A stretch of 64,000 bases of DNA, from assembly GCA_050115495.1 (NCBI GenBank), contig JASFQK010000001.1:128001-192000 (forward strand), given 5' to 3'. Source of the DNA: Phycisphaerae bacterium (GTDB taxonomy: Bacteria; Planctomycetota; Phycisphaerae; UBA1845; Fen-1342). The position numbers and the translations under genes were made by a program. The notes below the pieces were generated by a model. The model did no database searches, was not told the DNA's origin, and saw nothing but the letters and a program-made list of their open reading frames with translations. Below are positions 50,567-60,526 of the stretch, piece by piece (within the stretch, counting starts at the first letter, position 1; each line of letters starts with the position of its first letter).

Positions 50567-51511
50567 TCAGGGTGAGGCGGGGGCCTGCTGTTCTATTGTG
50601 CGCATCATGCGCTTGGCGTCGGCGTTGCCGGGCCAGATGCGAAGGGATTCTTCGAGGTGGCGGCGGGCTTCGGTCCAGTTGCCCTGGCGGCCGTAGATGA
50701 ACGCCAGGTGGTTGTGCGTCTTGGCGATCTCGGGGTCGTGCTCCTGGAGCTGGCGGATGAGCTCGACGTCGTAGCGGGCGAACTCTTCCGGGCTGATGGG
50801 CTGGGCGGCGAGGGCTTCGACGGCGGCCAGTCGCGCGGGGTCCTCGGCGTATGCTTCGCGGCTGCGGAGGATCATCTGCTGATAGGACCGGCGCACGTCC
50901 ATCTGGGCGGCGAGCGCGGTCTCCAGGGCACGGAGGGCTTCATCGAACCGTTCCGTCTGGCTGTAGAGCGCGCCGAGGCGGGCGTAGACGTTGCCCGCTT
51001 CGAGGCCGGCGTCGGCGGCTTGTTGGAAGCACGCGATGGCTTCGTCGGGTTGCTGGGCGGTTTCGTGGATGTCGCCGAGGTGGTACTGAATGACGCCGCG
51101 CAGGTGCGGGCCGGGGTCGAGCTGCAAAGCCTGTTCGAGCAGTTGGCGGCCGGCGTCGGTCTGGCGGGCGCGGACGCGGGCGATGCCGAGATTGGCCACG
51201 ACCTGGGGTTGATCGGGTTCGATCTCAAGTGAGGCGTCGTACTGGGCGATGGCGGAGCCGTAGTTGCCTTTGCGCAGCTCGGCGTCGCCGTAGTTCTTGT
51301 AGGTGCGGGCTTCGGCGGTCTTGCCGTGCTGGGCGGCGGGCTGGATCCACTGCGGGCGGCGCCAGGCGATGACGCCGAAGGACATGAGCAGGGCCCAGAC
51401 GATCAGCAGCGCCCAGGTGAAGAGGGTGCGCGTGTGCGACCGGCCGTCCGCGGGCGGTAGCGGGGCCGGCGCGGGGCGATCAGCACGTGCTGTGAAGGAC
51501 GAATAGAACAC
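50567..51511 (-). CDS. membrane-anchored TPR protein (start uncertain)
   Basis: TM helix then TPRs (YGSAIAQYDASLEIEP, ANLG, HNHLA, SLRIWPGNADA). Confidence 0.8.
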   Translation of the reverse strand: MFYSSFTARADRPAPAPLPPADGRSHTRTLFTWALLIVWALLMSFGVIAWRRPQWIQPAAQHGKTAEARTYKNYGDAELRKGNYGSAIAQYDASLEIEPDQPQVVANLGIARVRARQTDAGRQLLEQALQLDPGPHLRGVIQYHLGDIHETAQQPDEAIACFQQAADAGLEAGNVYARLGALYSQTERFDEALRALETALAAQMDVRRSYQQMILRSREAYAEDPARLAAVEALAAQPISPEEFARYDVELIRQLQEHDPEIAKTHNHLAFIYGRQGNWTEARRHLEESLRIWPGNADAKRMMRTIEQQAPASP

Positions 51512-52736
51512 GCTTGCCCTCGCGTTTGAGGCGGTTGAAGACCTGGCAGGCCTCGGGGGTGTTGAGGATGATGACCTGCGTGGCGCGGCCGGTGTAGCGG
51601 TTGAAGATGAACTGGTTCGCGGCCCTCTCCGGGAAGCCGTAGCCGCCGCGGCCTTCGTGGCCGGCGCCGATGAGGATGATGTCGGGCTCGCGGCGCAGAA
51701 GGAAAGCCTGGTCGCGGTAATTGAAATCGTGCTTCTTGTCGACGGGACGGAAGGAGCCGTCGGGGAAGATGAGCACGTCGTAGTACGGGATGGGGATGCC
51801 CTTGTAGACGGTCAGGCCGAAGCTGCTGTGGACGATGTTGTCGCCGCGGTGGCGGATGTAGAAGAAGGCCTGAACGGCGACGATGACGAGGCACGCCGCG
51901 AGCAGAACACGTCCGATTCGGCGGTGCTGGCTGAAGTGCAGCACGGCGAAGAAGACCGCGAACATGGCGGCCGTGAAGGCGATCACGATGGGCCAGTGCT
52001 CGAAGTCGCTCAGCAGCGAGGCGTTGATCAGCAAGAGCAACGTGAGCGCGATGAGCAGGACGAGCAGGCTGGCCGGGTGTCGCACGTAGTCGCCCAGCCG
52101 CGGGTGGCGCAGGCGCCGCGCGTCGGCCGGGGCGTCGCTCGCGGGCGGGTTGCCGAAGAGCAGGACGACGAGGCCCATGAGCGTGCCCCAGACGTCCTTG
52201 GCGATGTCGCTGACGTCGAAGACGCGGCTGCTCATGTGCATCTGGAAGGCTTCGTCGAGCGTGGAGTACAGCATCGCCGCGATGTAGGTGATGAGCATGA
52301 TGTGGGCCGGTGACACGCCGCGCGGGGCGAGGTCGCGGTACATCATGAAGGCGAAGAGGCCGTAGGCGAAGTAGTGCCAATTCTGCTGGAGGTCGTAGAA
52401 CTTGTGATCGAAGTAGTAGTCGGTGATCTGCTGGGCGAGGGCGATCATCAGTAGCGCCGCAACCGTCGCGGCCAGGCGGCGCCAGGTGATGTACGCGTGC
52501 AGGGCGATCGCCAGGCCGATCACGATGAGCAGGGCCAGCACGGGCACGATTGGGATGTTGTGGCCGGCGAGGGGGACCGTCGTGCCGGAAGCGGCGCCGA
52601 TGGCCTCAACCAGGAAGCTGCGCAGGAGGATGAAGGGCGTGGCCAGCAGCAGCAGGCTGTAGAGCACGACGTGCAGCCGAGAGGAGTGCACCCAGCTCAG
52701 GCGCTGCGGCGGTTGGTAGGCACGCTTGCGGGACAT
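51480..52736 (-). CDS. VanZ-like membrane protein fused to Mth938/DUF498-like domain
   Basis: HYFAYG, STLDEAFQ...RVFDVSDIAKDVWG; PDIILIGAG...NTPEACQVFNRL...LHSTC. Confidence 0.72.
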   Translation of the reverse strand: MSRKRAYQPPQRLSWVHSSRLHVVLYSLLLLATPFILLRSFLVEAIGAASGTTVPLAGHNIPIVPVLALLIVIGLAIALHAYITWRRLAATVAALLMIALAQQITDYYFDHKFYDLQQNWHYFAYGLFAFMMYRDLAPRGVSPAHIMLITYIAAMLYSTLDEAFQMHMSSRVFDVSDIAKDVWGTLMGLVVLLFGNPPASDAPADARRLRHPRLGDYVRHPASLLVLLIALTLLLLINASLLSDFEHWPIVIAFTAAMFAVFFAVLHFSQHRRIGRVLLAACLVIVAVQAFFYIRHRGDNIVHSSFGLTVYKGIPIPYYDVLIFPDGSFRPVDKKHDFNYRDQAFLLRREPDIILIGAGHEGRGGYGFPERAANQFIFNRYTGRATQVIILNTPEACQVFNRLKREGKRVLFVLHSTC

Positions 52737-52806
52737 TGGCTTCCCGGACGCGGGCGGCTGAGGTCGTCATCGACGGCCGACACGGAGGTCGGCCGCTACA
52801 TGTGCG

Positions 52807-53745
52807 TCAGGAGGGATTCTGGCGATACCACTCGATCGAACGAGCCAGCCCCTCCTGGAAAAAGATCTTGGGCTCGTAGCCGATCACGCGCTTGGCGGCG
52901 GCGACGTCGGCCAGGCTGTGGCGGACGTCGCCCACACGCGGGTCCTGGTGCTCCGCGGCGAGGTCGGTGCCCAGTTGCCCGTTGATCAGGCGGACGATTT
53001 CGTTCAGCGTGGTGCGCTCGCCGCAGGCGATGTTCACCACCGCGCCGCCCAGCTCGGCGGCCTCGAGGGCGAGCAGGTTGGCGTTGACCACATTGTCGAT
53101 GTAGCAGAAGTCGCGCGACTGCTCCCCGTCGCCGAAGATGACCGGCCGACGGCCGGAGACCATGTGCGTGACGAAGGCGGGGATGACGGCGGCGTACTGG
53201 CTGTTGGGATCCTGGCGCGGGCCGAAGACGTTGAAGTAGCGCAGCGAGATCGTCTGGAGCCCGTAGCAGGTGTGGAAGCACGTGCAGTAGTTCTCGGCGG
53301 CGAGCTTGCCGACGGCGTAGGGGCTCAGCGGCTGGGGCGTCATCGTCTCGATCTTGGGCAGCGTCGGCGTGTCGCCGTAAGCGCTGCTGCTGGCGGAGTA
53401 GATGACGCGCTCGGCGCCGGCGTCGCGGGCGGCGAGCAGGACGTTGAGCGTGCCGGTGATGTTCACATCGTTGGCGGGCAGCGGCTCGGCGACGCTGCGC
53501 GGCACGCTGGCCCGGGCGGCCAGGTGAAAGACGGCGGCGGTGCCGGTAGCGGCCCGCTGTACCGTGGGCAGGTCGCGAATGTCGCCCTCGACGAAGTCGA
53601 CGTCGGCCCGGATGTCGGCGAGGTTCGCCGGCCGGCCGGTGCTCATGTCGTCCAGGATGCGGACGCGGTCGCCGCGGGCGAGCAGTCGGCGGACGACGTG
53701 GCTGCCGATGAAGCCTGCGCCGCCGGTGACCAGGTATAGATTCAT
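52807..53745 (-). CDS. NAD-dependent nucleotide-sugar epimerase/dehydratase
   Basis: TGGAGFIGSH, SSSAYG, YAVGK, RYFNVFGPRQDP. Confidence 0.93.
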   Translation of the reverse strand: MNLYLVTGGAGFIGSHVVRRLLARGDRVRILDDMSTGRPANLADIRADVDFVEGDIRDLPTVQRAATGTAAVFHLAARASVPRSVAEPLPANDVNITGTLNVLLAARDAGAERVIYSASSSAYGDTPTLPKIETMTPQPLSPYAVGKLAAENYCTCFHTCYGLQTISLRYFNVFGPRQDPNSQYAAVIPAFVTHMVSGRRPVIFGDGEQSRDFCYIDNVVNANLLALEAAELGGAVVNIACGERTTLNEIVRLINGQLGTDLAAEHQDPRVGDVRHSLADVAAAKRVIGYEPKIFFQEGLARSIEWYRQNPS

Positions 53746-54587
53746 CCGTGCACCTCCGGCAGGCGGAAGAAGGTTATCGCGTTGGCGGTCGTGGCGGCGG
53801 CGAAGCGGTCGAAGGGCTCGCCGCGGAGATTGGCGAGGAAGCGGGCCGTGTGGGCCACGAACGCCGGCTCATTGGGGAAGATCTTACGCACGGGCTCGGG
53901 TGAGAGATAGGGGGCGTCGGTCTCGATCAGCAGGCGTTCGAGGGGGGCGTAACGGGCCGAGGCGCGGATGGGCTCGGCCTTCTGGAACGTCACGACGCCG
54001 GTGAAGGATAGCCAACCGCCAAGGTCGAGGATGTAGCGGGCGGTTTCCACGTCGGCCGAGTAGCAGTGAAAGACGAAGCGGCCGAGAAGCGGCGGGTACT
54101 CGCGCAGGATGTCGGCAACGCGGCGTTCGGCCTTGCGGGCGTGGAGCACGACGGGCATATCGCGCTCGGCGGCGATCTCGAGGTGTGCCCGGAAGATCTG
54201 CTCCTGCTCAGCGGGCGGAGCGAAGTCGTAGTGGAAATCGAGACCGGTTTCGCCGACGGCGACGATCCGATTCCGCGGGACGCCGCCGGGCTCGGATTCG
54301 TCGAGCAGGGCGCCGAGGGCCAGCAAGTCGTCCTTCTGGCACTTGGCGGCGTGGTGCGGGTGGATGCCGGCGATGAGGCAGATCTGCGGGAACTCGCCGA
54401 CGAGCTCGAGCCCGCGGCGGGCGTCGGCGACCGTCTCGGAGACGGTGAGGACGCGGGTGACGCCGGCCTGGGCGGCCCGTTTCAGCACGTCACGGGTTTG
54501 CCCGGCGAGGTCTTTGAAGGTCAGGTGGCAGTGGGTGTCGATGAGCATCGGTGGCGGGGTCGGTCCAGGGGGTGGCGTCGTGTTCAT
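53742..54587 (-). CDS. tatD: TatD family hydrolase
   Basis: IDTHCHL, GIHPH, VGETGLDFH, HAR, HCYS, ETDAPYL. Confidence 0.93.
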   Translation of the reverse strand: MNTTPPPGPTPPPMLIDTHCHLTFKDLAGQTRDVLKRAAQAGVTRVLTVSETVADARRGLELVGEFPQICLIAGIHPHHAAKCQKDDLLALGALLDESEPGGVPRNRIVAVGETGLDFHYDFAPPAEQEQIFRAHLEIAAERDMPVVLHARKAERRVADILREYPPLLGRFVFHCYSADVETARYILDLGGWLSFTGVVTFQKAEPIRASARYAPLERLLIETDAPYLSPEPVRKIFPNEPAFVAHTARFLANLRGEPFDRFAAATTANAITFFRLPEVHG

Positions 54588-55465
54588 TCCACGTTCTGCA
54601 CCTGCTCCTTGATGCGGTCGATGGCGCTCTTGATGTCGATGATGTGGCGGGCCAGTTCGGGGTCGCCGGACTTCGAGCCCATCGTGTTCGCCTCGCGGAG
54701 CATTTCCTGGGCGATGAACTCCATCTTCCGGCCGGCGGGCTCGGGGTCGGCGGCGGCGGATTCGAACTGGGCGACGTGGGCGGCGAGGCGGCTGAGCTCC
54801 TCGCTGATGTCGCTGCGTTCGGCGTAGATGGAGACTTCCTTGAGGAGGTCGCCCTCGGCCAGTTGGGCGTTGCTGCCGGTGAGGAGCTCGCGGACGCGGC
54901 TGGCGAGGCGGTTGCGGTATTCCTCGATGACGAGCGGGCCGCGGGCCCGGACGGCCGCGAGGTGCTCATCGATGCGCCGGCAATGCGTTTGCAGGTCGGC
55001 GGCGATCGTGCGGCCCTCGGTGCAGCGCATCTCGATGAGGCGGTCCAGGGCCTGCGTGGCGAGCGTGCGGGTGATCTCCCAGTGATGCTCGCGCTGGGCC
55101 TCGGTGAGCTCGCGGGGCTGGCAGACGCCGGGCAGAGCGGCCAGCGTGGCCAGGTCGATCGTGGCGCGGGGGTCGTCGCCGCCGGCGGCCTTGAGCTGCG
55201 CGACGTAGGCGCGGATGGCGGCGGCGTTCAGCTCCTGGGCGGCAGAGGCGGTCAGGTCGCGAATGTGCAGGCGGACGGTGACGCTGCCGCGGGTAAGCCG
55301 CTCGCGGAGAAGACGTTCGGCGTCGGTTTCGAGGAAGGCGAAGCCTTCGGGCAGGTGGACCGAGGCTTTGAGATAACGGTTGTTAACGCTGCGGGCTTCG
55401 AGGTGATAGACGTGACCGTTGTCTTCGAGCTGCGCCTCGCCGAAGCCGGTCATCGAACGGATCAT
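54584..55465 (-). CDS. YicC/YloC family endoribonuclease
   Basis: MIRSMTGFG, RSVNNRYL, DISEELSRL, GRKMEFIAQEMLREANTMGSK, KEQVQNVE. Confidence 0.94.
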   Translation of the reverse strand: MIRSMTGFGEAQLEDNGHVYHLEARSVNNRYLKASVHLPEGFAFLETDAERLLRERLTRGSVTVRLHIRDLTASAAQELNAAAIRAYVAQLKAAGGDDPRATIDLATLAALPGVCQPRELTEAQREHHWEITRTLATQALDRLIEMRCTEGRTIAADLQTHCRRIDEHLAAVRARGPLVIEEYRNRLASRVRELLTGSNAQLAEGDLLKEVSIYAERSDISEELSRLAAHVAQFESAAADPEPAGRKMEFIAQEMLREANTMGSKSGDPELARHIIDIKSAIDRIKEQVQNVE

Positions 55466-55506
55466 GCATATGGCCCCGCAGGGGGTCGATGGCGGAGCGA
55501 GAGGCG

Positions 55507-55905
55507 CTACGCGGCGCCATCGCCGAAGATATCGAGCATGGCGTAGTCCGGGGCGGCGGTGGGGTCGATCAGGAGGCCGGAGCCGCCGGCCGGAGGCGTC
55601 TGGCCCGGGGGAGGAGCCGGCGTGTTCGCTGCGTTGTTTCCGAGATCAGGGGGCCCCTGGACGAAGACGAAGTTGAGCAGGATGGCGAAGACGAGCAGGA
55701 CGCCGGCGCCGATGATGGTGACCCAGGTGAGGAAGTCGCCGGTCTTGGCGCCGAAAGCGGCAGTGGCGCCGCCGGCTCCGCCGAAGGCCCCGGCAAGGCC
55801 GACGCCCTTTCCGCGCTGGAGCAGGATCACGATCATGAGGAGGATCGCCACGACGGCGAAGAAGAAGGCGAGAATGAAATGGAATGTGGTGGCCGCCAGC
55901 AACAT
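55507..55905 (-). CDS. secG: preprotein translocase subunit SecG
   Basis: ILLQRGKGVGLAGAFGG...FGAKTGDFLTWVT; downstream of tpiA. Confidence 0.9.
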   Translation of the reverse strand: MLLAATTFHFILAFFFAVVAILLMIVILLQRGKGVGLAGAFGGAGGATAAFGAKTGDFLTWVTIIGAGVLLVFAILLNFVFVQGPPDLGNNAANTPAPPPGQTPPAGGSGLLIDPTAAPDYAMLDIFGDGAA

Positions 55906-55996
55906 CCTGATGTCAACCTTTCCGTTCGAGCGTGTCGTCGCCCGTTAGCGCACGTGCCCCGCTGACACGCTGGGCGAACCTCACAGTATAACAAGG

Positions 55997-56770
55997 TCAG
56001 CGGTGGGCTGCCACCGCGGCCTGGACGATGCCGAGGAAGGAATCGGCCTTGAGGCTGGCCCCGCCGATGAGGCCACCATCCACGTCGGGTTGGGCCATGA
56101 TGGCCGGGGCGTTATCGGGGGTCACACTGCCGCCGTAGAGGATGCGGACCTGGTCGGCGACGTCGCCGGCGATGGTGCGGAGGTGCTGGCGCAGGTGGAG
56201 GTGGGACTCCTGAGCCTGCTCGGGGGTGGCCACCTGGCCGGTGCCGATGGCCCAGACGGGCTCGTAGGCGATGACGAGGTCGGCGGGGGTGCTGACGTCG
56301 ACGCCGACGAGGGCCGCGGAAAGCTGGAAGGTGATGACGTCGAGGGTCTGCTCGGCCTTGCGCTCGGTGAGGGTCTCGCCGACACAGAGGATGGGAGTGA
56401 GGCCGACGGCCCGGACGGCGCGGACCTTCAGGTTGATCATGCGGTCGTCTTCGAGGTGGCCGATGGTGTGTCGGCGTTCGCTGTGACCGATAATGACGTA
56501 CCGCACGCCGATGTCCTTGAGCATCGCGGCAGAAACCTCGCCGGTGAAAGCGCCCTTGGCTTCGTAGTAGACGTTCTGGGCGCCGAGCTGGATCGGGCCG
56601 CCCGCCAGTGCCTCGCCGACGGGGTAGACGTAGACGGTGGGGGGACAGACGGCCACGTCAGCGGCGTTGCCCGCGGAGCCGAGGCCGGCGGCGATGCCGC
56701 CCACTAGGTCGCGAGCCTGCGCCAGGTTCAGATTCATCTTCCAGTTGCCGGCGATAAGGGGGCGTCGCAT
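55997..56770 (-). CDS. tpiA: triosephosphate isomerase
   Basis: AGNWKMN, GHSERR, AYEPVWAIGTG, YGGSV, IGGASL. Confidence 0.97.
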   Translation of the reverse strand: MRRPLIAGNWKMNLNLAQARDLVGGIAAGLGSAGNAADVAVCPPTVYVYPVGEALAGGPIQLGAQNVYYEAKGAFTGEVSAAMLKDIGVRYVIIGHSERRHTIGHLEDDRMINLKVRAVRAVGLTPILCVGETLTERKAEQTLDVITFQLSAALVGVDVSTPADLVIAYEPVWAIGTGQVATPEQAQESHLHLRQHLRTIAGDVADQVRILYGGSVTPDNAPAIMAQPDVDGGLIGGASLKADSFLGIVQAAVAAHR

Positions 56771-57075
56771 GTCGGTTCTCCAAGTGATCGCGGAAGGGCA
56801 GAGTCTACCACGATCGGCCGATCGCCGCACGATCTGCCACCCCGCCACAAAAACGACAAGATTTATCTGTAATCTCTGCGCGTGACCCCCGCGTAGCTGA
56901 CGGCAATCGCGGTTAGTGCTCCGGGAGCGTTTTTGGGCCCGGTAAGGTTTCTCTGGACAGCCGCCGAGGAGAGACTACAATTCCGGGCTTTGTCCTGGCG
57001 TGGTGACAGGGCCCGTGAATGTGGGCTGGGTCCAAGGTCCCCTCCGGGACAACAGGGTAACGGAGAGAGTGGGCG

Positions 57076-57651
57076 ATGTACGTGTTTCGCAGAAGCACGC
57101 TGTGGTTAGGCTGCGCCGTGCTCACGGTGTGCTACGTCGTGGCGGATGCCGCCTTGAGCCCGCCGGCGCGGCCGGCGGAGATCGGGGTGGTCGCCGAGGT
57201 TCCCGACCTGCTGACGGCCGACGAGGCTGACGAGCCGCTGGTGATTGAGGCGGCGACGCTGCATGAGCCCGTGGAGCTTGTGGAGCCAGTCGAGCCGGCG
57301 GAGGCCGAGGAGGAAGGCCCCATCCACGTGACCCTGCCGCCGCGGAGGGTGCGGCGGGTGCAGCGTGTGACGGCGTACTGCGACCGGGGCCTAACGGCGG
57401 CGGGGGTGCCGAGCGGTTACGGACAATGTGCGGCGCCGGCGGATATCCCGTTCGGGTCGAAGGTCTACATCCCGGCCCTGGGGAAGACGTTCATCGTGAC
57501 CGATCGCACGCACAAGCGGTTCCGGCACAATACGGTGGACATCTTCATGCCGTCCTCCTGGTCGTGCCGGCAGTTCGGGCGTAAGTACCTAGAGTGCGAG
57601 TACACGCTCGTCCGGGAGGAGCCGGACTACGGCGATGTGAAGGTGAACTGA
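57076..57651 (+). CDS. exported 3D-domain (lytic transglycosylase-like) protein
   Basis: Signal/TM, VTAY, TAAG, AAPADIPFGSKVYIP, VTDR, VDIFM. Confidence 0.8.
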   Translation: MYVFRRSTLWLGCAVLTVCYVVADAALSPPARPAEIGVVAEVPDLLTADEADEPLVIEAATLHEPVELVEPVEPAEAEEEGPIHVTLPPRRVRRVQRVTAYCDRGLTAAGVPSGYGQCAAPADIPFGSKVYIPALGKTFIVTDRTHKRFRHNTVDIFMPSSWSCRQFGRKYLECEYTLVREEPDYGDVKVN

Positions 57652-57665
57652 GGCACCGGCGGGGA

Positions 57666-58001
57666 TTACCAAGTTACCTGGCCATAGTTGACGCAGGCCG
57701 CGAAGAGGGTGGCGTGGTAGCTGCGCAGGACGCCGGCGTCGTCGAAGGTGAGGCGCCAGAGAGCCCGGCCGCCGGCCTCGGGGCGGTCCCAGGTGAGGAC
57801 GAGGCCGTCATCGGCGTGGCGGGTGGCGCGGGGGTGCCCCCAGTAGCCGAGGAAGTAATCCTGGCAGGGCTGGCCCAGGTGCTCATCGAGCCGGTGGGCC
57901 AGTTCGGGGGACGTCGCCGGTCCGCTGGCGGCGCAGCCGGCGAGGAGCAGGAGAGCCAGGGCGAACAGGCAAATGCGGGCAGCGTTCATGGGGGGTCTCA
58001 C
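57666..58001 (-). CDS. small lipoprotein
   Basis: Lipobox LAGC. Confidence 0.6.
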   Translation of the reverse strand: MRPPMNAARICLFALALLLLAGCAASGPATSPELAHRLDEHLGQPCQDYFLGYWGHPRATRHADDGLVLTWDRPEAGGRALWRLTFDDAGVLRSYHATLFAACVNYGQVTW

Positions 58002-58006
58002 GGGTA

Positions 58007-59545
58007 TCAGGGCGCGACGGCGGGCAGCACACCTACGTCACGCAATTGAACGACGATAGCGTCGGCGTAGGCGCGGGCGCCGGCGACGTTGGGGTGGCCG
58101 ACTGAGCTGTAAATGCACATGACCGCCTGGTTGACCATGTCCGCGCCGAGGCAGGCGTCAGCGCGGACGCCCTGGAGGGGGTCCTCCGGGAACAGGTCGA
58201 TCCCGAGGTTGAGGCTCTGGAGGAGCACGCTGCTGGAAGCCAGGCTCCAGAGCCAGCGGTCATCGGTGAAGATGGCGTTCTCCGGCTGGAAACCGGGGTC
58301 GGCGAAGGCGACGCGCGCCGGGGGATCGGCGGCCTGGTTGACCGTGTCCACGGCGGCCTGGAGGCTCTGGCGGGCGGTGTCGTCGAAGAGGACGGACTGG
58401 TGGACGAGTTCGTTGAAGATGACGGAGCCGCCTTCGAGCGTGGCCAGGCCCTGGGTCTGGGTCCAGGCCTTGAGCGAGAGCAGGTCACTGTCGGGGCCGA
58501 CGATCTGGTAGTAGCCGGTGACGACGATCGTCGCCTGGGGGGCGACGGCCCGGACGTTCTGGAGGAGCGTGAGCATCTCGTCGTGGCAGAACCGTTCGGT
58601 GAGCTCGACAAGGTCCTGGTCGGTCGTGTCGGGGTCGATGACGGCCGCGGTGGTGACGTCGTTGATACAGCCGTCCAGGAGGATGAGCTCGAGCAGCTCG
58701 GGTTGATCGAGCAGGCCGACCTGTGTCGTGATGGACGTGGGGACGCGCGGGGCCTCGCCAAAGCAGGTTCCGTTGCAGATGCCGTCATCGTCGGTGGGGA
58801 CAATGGTTGCCCCGGACTGGGCGTAGCGCTGGAGGATGACCCGGCGGTGGGTTTCCTGCTCGATAACGTCGCTGACCAGGGTCGTGAACTTGTCCGGCTC
58901 CTCAAGGCCGTTGCCCCACATGACCGAATCGCCAATGACGGCGAGATAGAAGAAGTCGCGGACGAGCTCGATCCGGGCGGCGACGGCGGGGGAGCCGTCG
59001 CTGGCGACGCTGACATAGATGTCGAGGCGGGAGAAGTCGGTGAGGAGCGCCTCGGGGATCAGGGCGGTGAAGCGCTGTTCGAGGCCGCTGGTGCCCACCC
59101 CACCGGCGTCGAGCCAGAAACAGGCCTGGCCGGCGGCGAGCAGGTTGCGGACGGTGTCGTTGAAGGGGCGGGTCTCGGCGGCGAGGGCTCGCTCGGCGTC
59201 GGTGGCCGGTGGCGCTACACGTTCGACGGACACGGCGGCGAGCGTGGACCGGTTGAGCAGGCGCATCTTCACTGCCGACGCGTCCTCGACCGCGACGGTG
59301 ACCATCAGTCCGGTTGCCTGGGGGCCCTGCGGGTCGGCGTCGTTGACGGGGAACCACGACGCGGGGCGGTAGATGTTGTAGGTCTCGCCGGCGGCGGGCG
59401 CTTCGAGCCCGGCGGTGCCGAGGAGGAGGACGGGGGAGAATGTCCCGGTATTGTCAGTTGTCTCTTCGGTCGGGCAGCCGCCCGGGAGGATGACGAGCAG
59501 GACCGCGGCGAGACAGACAAGTTGTACAGATTGTTGCGTGTTCAT
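58007..59545 (-). CDS. SGNH/GDSL hydrolase lipoprotein
   Basis: GGC lipobox-like, IGDSVMWG, SGA, GCIND, GHPN..G. Confidence 0.82.
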   Translation of the reverse strand: MNTQQSVQLVCLAAVLLVILPGGCPTEETTDNTGTFSPVLLLGTAGLEAPAAGETYNIYRPASWFPVNDADPQGPQATGLMVTVAVEDASAVKMRLLNRSTLAAVSVERVAPPATDAERALAAETRPFNDTVRNLLAAGQACFWLDAGGVGTSGLEQRFTALIPEALLTDFSRLDIYVSVASDGSPAVAARIELVRDFFYLAVIGDSVMWGNGLEEPDKFTTLVSDVIEQETHRRVILQRYAQSGATIVPTDDDGICNGTCFGEAPRVPTSITTQVGLLDQPELLELILLDGCINDVTTAAVIDPDTTDQDLVELTERFCHDEMLTLLQNVRAVAPQATIVVTGYYQIVGPDSDLLSLKAWTQTQGLATLEGGSVIFNELVHQSVLFDDTARQSLQAAVDTVNQAADPPARVAFADPGFQPENAIFTDDRWLWSLASSSVLLQSLNLGIDLFPEDPLQGVRADACLGADMVNQAVMCIYSSVGHPNVAGARAYADAIVVQLRDVGVLPAVAP

Positions 59546-59584
59546 GGGTTGACCGTCGTTTGCGGCAGGAGCGGGGCGTTCATG

Positions 59585-59944
59585 TTACGGCTCGTCGATT
59601 TCGAGAACGCGCTGGACCTCGACGACGGTGCCGACCTGGCCGACGACCTGGAGGTCGGTGCGCGTGGCGAGTTGCAGGCGCGAGGTCGTGCCGGGAGTCG
59701 TGACACGATCGAAAGCGTCGTTGTCCAGTTGGGTGGCCTGGAACAGGTGATAAGTGAAGCCGTTCTCGCCGATCCAGACCAGTTGGGGGCCGTTGTTGTC
59801 CTGGATGGTGGCGGTGCCGGTGAGGATGAAGGACTCGCCGGTGACGAAGAGGGAGTTGCCCTCGCCGAGAAGACTGACGTTGATGCAGCCGCCGACGGCA
59901 TACAGGACAAGCAGAAGCGACAGGGAGCAGAGCAGACGTGGCAC
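59585..59944 (-). CDS. putative lipoprotein
   Basis: Hydrophobic leader with VGGC, host-like codon use. Confidence 0.6.
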   Translation of the reverse strand: MPRLLCSLSLLLVLYAVGGCINVSLLGEGNSLFVTGESFILTGTATIQDNNGPQLVWIGENGFTYHLFQATQLDNDAFDRVTTPGTTSRLQLATRTDLQVVGQVGTVVEVQRVLEIDEP

Positions 59945-60213
59945 GGGTGGATCTCCGCTGAGTTGGTTGCTTGTACGCGAATCGAGTGGTCGCATGCTAC
60001 CAGCCGGTGGTGGGCATGTCACTGGGGCCAGCTTGCGTACGCCGTCGCCAGCCGGTTCAATGTGACCGCCGACGAGCAGTTCCTTTGTGTCAGCAGCGTT
60101 AAGAAATCATGCGGACCAGTATGAATTCGTGACGGGCGACGGCGCCGCACGGGCACGGCCGGTATGACGGCTGGAGCGCCGGCGGGACGCGTGGACAAGG
60201 AAGGAGAAGATCT

Positions 60214-60423
60214 ATGGGCGACAGTGTCTACAAGGTGATCGAGCTGATCGGGACGAGCGAGCGGTCGTGGGAAGAGGCGGCCCGGAACGCGGTGGAGGTG
60301 GCCGCTAAGTCGCTGAAGTACCTGCGGGTGGCCGAGGTGAAAGAGCTGGACATGACCGTCGAAGACGGCAAGGTGACGACCTATCGGGCCAAGGTGCACC
60401 TGTCGTTCAAATACGAGACGTAG
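60214..60423 (+). CDS. dodecin family flavin-binding protein
   Basis: SVYKVIELIGTS..SWEEAA..AV..A.KSL..LR...YRAKV.LSFKY; AAGGAG RBS. Confidence 0.93.
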   Translation: MGDSVYKVIELIGTSERSWEEAARNAVEVAAKSLKYLRVAEVKELDMTVEDGKVTTYRAKVHLSFKYET

Positions 60424-60526
60424 GCGGAAGAAGGCAACCCGTTCGGCTTCGCTCAGGGTGCCGAGGCAGCCGGGCGACGAGGGGAGGCGGCGGAAGCGCG
60501 TCCACGAGTTCCGGACAGCACACAAG

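Noticed and set aside
56895..56905. c-di-AMP (ydaO) riboswitch fragment CCGTCAGCTA
   Set aside because: On the wrong strand for the 3D gene, and the other conserved blocks are absent
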